A DNA stretch of 64,000 bases. Origin: Asterionella formosa (lineage: Eukaryota). The stretch is from positions 1 to 64,000 of the forward strand of contig NKIB01012462.1 in the NCBI GenBank assembly GCA_002256025.1. The letters are read 5' to 3'. The notes under the pieces are model-generated. The model did no database searches, was not told where the DNA came from, and saw only the letters and a list, made by a program, of their open reading frames with translations. The translations under genes were made by a program, and so were the position numbers. This document shows positions 58,721 through 64,000 of this stretch, in pieces; the first letter of the stretch is position 1, and every line of letters starts with the position of its first letter.

Positions 58721-60829
58721 ATGACCAACCAGCACCTTGACTAACAAGCATTTGAATTGGTATGCTGTGCGTCTGTGTACTGTATTCTTGGTATATGAAG
58801 TGTATCAAGAAGGTCCGGTAGCACACGTTTTATGTGTACCTTTTCAGTCTTGAATCACTCCCAATGATTCATCACATGCCTGCTGGACAAGATAGCCCAG
58901 CTTTTGATGGAATTAATATTCCTCAAGTAATTTATATGGAAAATGTTACTCTTATTGACTGTTGGCGATTTGCAGAATCGGTATCTGGTGAGCACGACTC
59001 GGATTTGATAACTGATGAACCGCTTCATCAAACAGTCTTCTAGCTTCGGAATACAATAGATTTTCTCAATGACTTTTATGCCTGCTATGAAGTATGTACT
59101 TGCATAGACACAACCACTACCCCCCCCCCATCAAGGTGTCCTTGCCAATTCTATGAACATATGCATGTAACGTTCTATCTATAAATATCGTCACAGTCAT
59201 TATCATGCCTGATTCAATAGCCTACCGGAGTACCACTATATTTGCAATATCATACATATCACTTACTATGGCCGGGATATATGATATGCTCAGGGTACTA
59301 CCCAAAGCAGCCCTTGTCGATGCTAGTACAAATTTTTTCTGCCTATTTATTGCGATTTTTTCTAGGTATAAAACACAAGAGTGTAGTCGTTGTGAGCGGC
59401 CGGAAAATACTGTATCATGTTGTATCAACCTTGTCCATGACGAAAATAACAAATATCTCCATGAAAAATGAGAATGACGCCTTGCTATTTGATACCTATA
59501 GTATATGCATAGTAGCTCACGACAGAGACAATTTTATCGTAAAGAATTAGTTTAATAACACTGATATTGATAACGAAAAGGGAAGTTGCCAATGGAGCAT
59601 TTTTTCATGTAATTTTTAGATGCACAATTCAGAACAATGGTCATATGAACAGATTTGACACTTTCACAGTATGCAACACTCTGAACTACGGTAATCTATA
59701 GGTCGAACCAAATTTTGCTTGATTCTCTATCTTAAGTATCAATTAATAGTCCATTGCCATTTTTTAAATGACTCTTTAGTTTCTGATTACTGATCCAGTT
59801 GGTGACTAGCAAGTGCATACGACTAGAAATCTGCTGACAACGATTAGAACTTGCTGACCACGACTGAAATTCGCTGACTAGAAATTGCTGACTACGATAG
59901 AAGTTACTGATTGGTGAATTCCAGTAGCAAACCGACATCCAGTTGTTGAAAATTTTTACCAGTAGTAGCAAGTGAACAAAATTTCAATGATCAGAACACG
60001 ACTTGCTTGGATCCAATGAATGATAACTTAAGATTATAGAAAGTTACTTAAGAGAGTTTGGAATGGAGAGGAGCCAGCCTATCTTATCCGGCAGGTAGTA
60101 TGGGACGAGTCATAGGGAGAAGTTTGAAACTTAATAGGGGCGCATAAAATGTAAGCTACTACTAGGACTTCTAGGGGATTACCAGCAACTGCATTTTAGG
60201 TGATGTTCTTTTAACCAGTAAGTTTGCGAAATGCAAACATAAGCAAGATGTTTTTGTAGGCCACCGGTAAATCCATCTCCATTCTGATACAACAAACATG
60301 AGATACACACCATGGTAGGAGTAGGTAGACTATTGATCTATTTATTGACAAATCTCCCGTAGATGTGTATATTTACTGATGGCTCCCTTTATGTATGTAC
60401 AAGCATAAAGGGTACCTGCAAGTTGCGGTCATTTTGCTAAAATTGCTAACGTGACGCAGGACAGGCGTTAAATTACATAGAAAACGTCATCAATTCAGTC
60501 TTTAAAATCGTCTGTATGCATGGTGTTAGTGAAATAATAGGTTTTATGCTAATTAGATTCTTCAAAACAGGGAAACGTCAAGAAAGCACAACAATGACCA
60601 GGGCAGGAGTAGAGGGGCGGCCCGAAGCAAAAGTAAGAAAAGTAAGCAAGTCTTGCTTTCGTTGCTTTATTCTCTCCCAACTCCAAAACCTTCTCCTTTT
60701 CCGACCGAAGTGATTAAATTACCTGCTATCTTAGCTAATCAACGGCTTTCAAAGACTTGAGGATTAGAAATTCGTAACTGCCAGCATCATCATGATAGCA
60801 ACGACCCAATATAACTATCATAAACTTCT

Positions 60830-61136
60830 GGTATGTATTTACCGTACGTACGCATGTTATGTATGCATGTATAGAAAAGGAATACCAGTAAATTCACCTC
60901 CATTGTCATGTATAGAACTTCTGGATGCGGATATTGGGCTAACCTATCATTTTCAAATTTCATTGCAATAAATATAACTATTATAAACTACCGGTATGTA
61001 TTTACAGTACGTATGCATGTTATGTATGCATGTATAGAAAAGGAATACCAATAAATTCACCTCCATCATTGTCATGTATATAACAACGCTCTGGATAGGG
61101 ATTTCGGGCAAACCAATCAATTTCAAGTTTCATTGC
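60830..61136. repeat. Direct duplication, 2 copies spaced ~163 bp apart
   Basis: GGTATGTATTTAC.GTACGTA.GCATGTTATGTATGCATGTATAGAAAAGGAATACCA at 60830 and 60993. Confidence 0.85.
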
Positions 61137-61464
61137 TATTTATTCTTATGTCATATTATCATTGATACATGAAATTTCTGCTAAATTGGTGACTGTGTGA
61201 ACACAAGTTAGAGCACGAAATTCAATCACTTGTGCAGCCAACCACTGTTATCTTCCATGGACGAATTAAATCCACTGCGACTTCTGACCATTGTAATAAC
61301 AAGGCATTCCTAGGTGCGAATTCAACATAACCATAAACAGGTAATTTCGTATGTTGACATGCTTCACATATGCTTTCAGTATGTTCAACTCTTGCTTTTA
61401 ATGTGGGGTGAGATTAAATTGCGTATGAATTGCAGCATTTAATTTTTTTCATACCCACATGAAC

Positions 61465-62463
61465 TAACACCTATTGTGTACTTTGGTGTCAAATAAGCGA
61501 ATGAGTTGCATACCAAGATTAAATTATAAACTCATATTTTCAATATTCTACTACTTCTAGTTAGTTAGTACTTCACTTTGAATTCAAAAAGAGTCCAATT
61601 AGAATTAATAATGTTAGTTCCAGCAGATTCCTTGTTTGTTCTCCTACTGCTAGTACAAAAGATAACTCACAGATATTGCCTTGTCTGATTGGATGAGCGT
61701 TGGGATACACCCTGATGCTAAGTCCCATGACAGTCTCAACAAAGTCATGGTGATGTAGCCGGAGGATTATCTTCCTCATGATATCTTTGAGAGTCAGGAT
61801 CAGTGGATGCTATGATAATAATCGATAAAACATTTTAACATGCTGGTGATGGACTTCTCTGCCTATCTCAAGACCTTAAATAAGCTACTCAAACTCATGA
61901 TGCATCATCCAGATGATCAGGAGGTGTTGGCCAAGTTGACGATTTGAGGATGATTGTCATTTACTTTATGCCCGATTTGTGCTGGCATTTAATCTTTTCA
62001 TTACCACATGAGCTTATATCTGATGATACCAATCAACAGTAGGATCCAATAGTGACATAGGAATGGCAATACACCAAGTATCCCTTGGATTCTTCACAAA
62101 ACATGATATCAAATGTATTTCATGAAAATTGATAGATGGAAATTTTAAATCAACAAGAGGCTTCCACTGATTGTGGTGCATTGATCATATCTTGGTTGAA
62201 CGATTCCAAACATTGACCTAGTTGTGATGCACAAAAAGTTCTGAGTTTTGATGTTTAGTATGTTGTTATCCTTCATCAATGGGACCACTGGGCCTTGAAA
62301 GTGGTACTATATCAACATTTTTAATTCTAATTGGACTCTCTTTGAATTCAAAGTGAAGCATCTAACTGGAAGTAGTAAAATTTGTTGAATATATAAGTTT
62401 ATTATTTAATTTGATTTTCAACTCTTTCTCTTAGGTTGACACCAAAGTATACAGTAGGTGTTA
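61465..62463 (-). mobile_element. 1-kb element with ~150-bp imperfect TIRs carrying a decayed Gypsy-type integrase fragment
   Basis: TAACACCTA.TGT.TACTTTGGTGTCAA...CTTCACTTTGAATTCAAA.AGAGTCCAATTAGAATTAA is inverted at ~62315-62463; internal minus-strand WCIAIPMSLLDPTVDWYHQI*AH..MKRL. Confidence 0.7.
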
Positions 62464-62820
62464 CCAGTACCCGGTAGTCGAGTGCTCTCATTATTGAGTT
62501 CTGATACAAACGATGTAACCCTACATACATCGGTGTTGTGGCGCGGGCTCACCCGTTACCCCTGGTACCAGGTACCTGGTACCCTGGTACTGTAGAGAAT
62601 AGAGGGGAGGAAGGGGCAGAACATGAAGGGCATGGGTCGCGACAGCCGGGCGGGCCGGTTGCTGAAGTTAAAGTTGACACCTTGGTGACACTGATAAATT
62701 CGGATTCCTTGGGGCGCTCACAAAATATTGTTAGCAAAAACTTTCTCGTCTGATCTCCTCATAAAAAGCTCGACCATTTGACTACAAATCTAGTTAGTAT
62801 ATACTACAAAGCACGCAACA

Positions 62821-63132
62821 ATGACCTCAATTTTGCATTTCCTCTTGCTTTCTTCCTTTTTGGCATCGTTCATGTCAGTGGAAGCCAAAGCCTCACGCCG
62901 CAGCGTGCTTCCAATGCGGGACTTTGGGCACCGTTCCCTTCCTAATAATAATGGTCAAAGCTCCTTCAATCTTTCTCGCTTCTCGTCTTCATTCACTGGA
63001 TTCTCCGGCCTTGACCATGATGACCATATGCATGTTGTAAAAGCGAGCAACAAAAATCATGCCAAAAAAGGTGAGTGCAAGTGCAATGCCGATGAAACAT
63101 TCCAAGTGAATACTCATTCCTCTTTCGTTTAA
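62821..63132 (+). CDS. Small signal-peptide protein, possibly the first exon of a longer gene
   Basis: MTSILHFLLLSSFLASFMSVEA; possible donor AG|GTGAGT near 63070. Confidence 0.5.
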   Translation: MTSILHFLLLSSFLASFMSVEAKASRRSVLPMRDFGHRSLPNNNGQSSFNLSRFSSSFTGFSGLDHDDHMHVVKASNKNHAKKGECKCNADETFQVNTHSSFV

Positions 63133-63633
63133 AGTTCCAAATGCAGAATTGGATCCACTTCCCTTTCACTTTGGTTTCTAAGGTCACTCATGGTAGAAAT
63201 CCGGAATATCTTTTGAATTTCTCCTACCATTGCATTGTTAATGTTACAAAAGAACGTGAAGCATCTTGCCAAACTGCACATGCAATAAAAACAAGGTTTT
63301 TACTTTGGCACAAATGCAATACTCCGCGCCACCATTTTTCTTCTACGAAAGTAATTACATTCCATGAATTTATTCCAGTTGATGAGCACTCTAGATATGC
63401 TAAGACAGAAACCTTTGATGTTTTATTATTCATTTGTCTCAATTATATAAAAGACAGAATAGTTCATGTATAATTTAATGTGCCACTTCTCACCGGTATT
63501 TGATAAAGGAACAGGATGATTCCTCAGCGAGTATGTACAAATTCTGTACGACAAAATAAAATTCCCTCGACAGTAGCAATTATTTCTAATACATAAGCAC
63601 TACTGGTGTTATGACATTATATATAAAGTGGAA

Positions 63634-63999
63634 TCAAACCTCGCCATCTCGCTCCATACGCTTTGCCATCCGTTTCAGTGCTTTCATGCCGAGATCTGCG
63701 GTCGAAACATAGGGTTCCCCTATCTCGCCTTCTTCAAAACTTTCGAATTGCTCCATTTTTGGAACAAAGTCACCGACATCTCCATCGTAGTAAACCTTAT
63801 CACTGTTGCTATGAATCCAATCATAGCCTTGATCATAGGCCAGCTCTTCCCCATCATCAAACGGCATTATATTTCCATCTTCGTCCAACTCCAACCCTCC
63901 AACATCTTCGGCCATTTCATTATTTCGTTCCAACTTGACTCGCAACTCACCAACTCTCGTTTCACAGGCTTCTAGAATAATGGTCCAAAGGGCCTTGGT
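63634..63999 (-). CDS. 3' end of a gene running off the window edge, with an acidic C-terminus
   Basis: Frame is open from the edge: TKALWTIILEACETRVGELRVKLER...MERDGEV*. Confidence 0.7.
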   Translation of the reverse strand, partial: TKALWTIILEACETRVGELRVKLERNNEMAEDVGGLELDEDGNIMPFDDGEELAYDQGYDWIHSNSDKVYYDGDVGDFVPKMEQFESFEEGEIGEPYVSTADLGMKALKRMAKRMERDGEV

Positions 64000-64000
64000 T

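Noticed and set aside
59722..60040. Possible MITE with internal TGACTAGAA repeats
   Set aside because: Terminal inverted match is weak and there is no second copy in the window.

Overview
Eukaryotic nuclear DNA from a diatom-like photosynthetic stramenopile, inferred from short GT-AG introns and bipartite signal+ASAFAP-type plastid presequences. About 20 protein genes lie in gene islands: EF-hand/Tic20, CGLD27, CDKC, TMEM222/RTE1, MATE, class I methyltransferase, CDK5RAP1/MiaB, a TPT-family transporter, NDUFA4/B12D (missed by the ORF track), IBA57, a large phosphate-carrier fusion, a ShKT/pseudo-GPx protein, a DHHC enzyme and two paralogous single-pass membrane proteins. The islands are separated by AT-rich blocks of decayed transposons: three PIF/Harbinger-superfamily remnants (one with TIRs and an AAT target duplication), a Copia element split by a 3-kb TIR element full of tandem repeats, two inverted pogo-like copies, a small palindromic MITE family, a tRNA-derived SINE-like repeat and a long-TIR element carrying a Gypsy-type integrase fragment. 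The best candidates for novelty are (1) a phosphate-carrier-family protein with a tripartite ER/plastid/twin-arginine presequence and phage-like GSGY repeats, (2) a GGTACC/CCAGGTA motif cluster upstream of most genes, (3) a DHHC enzyme missing most zinc ligands, and (4) the tRNA-derived SINE-like repeat. All family assignments come from motif recognition by eye; no searches were run.
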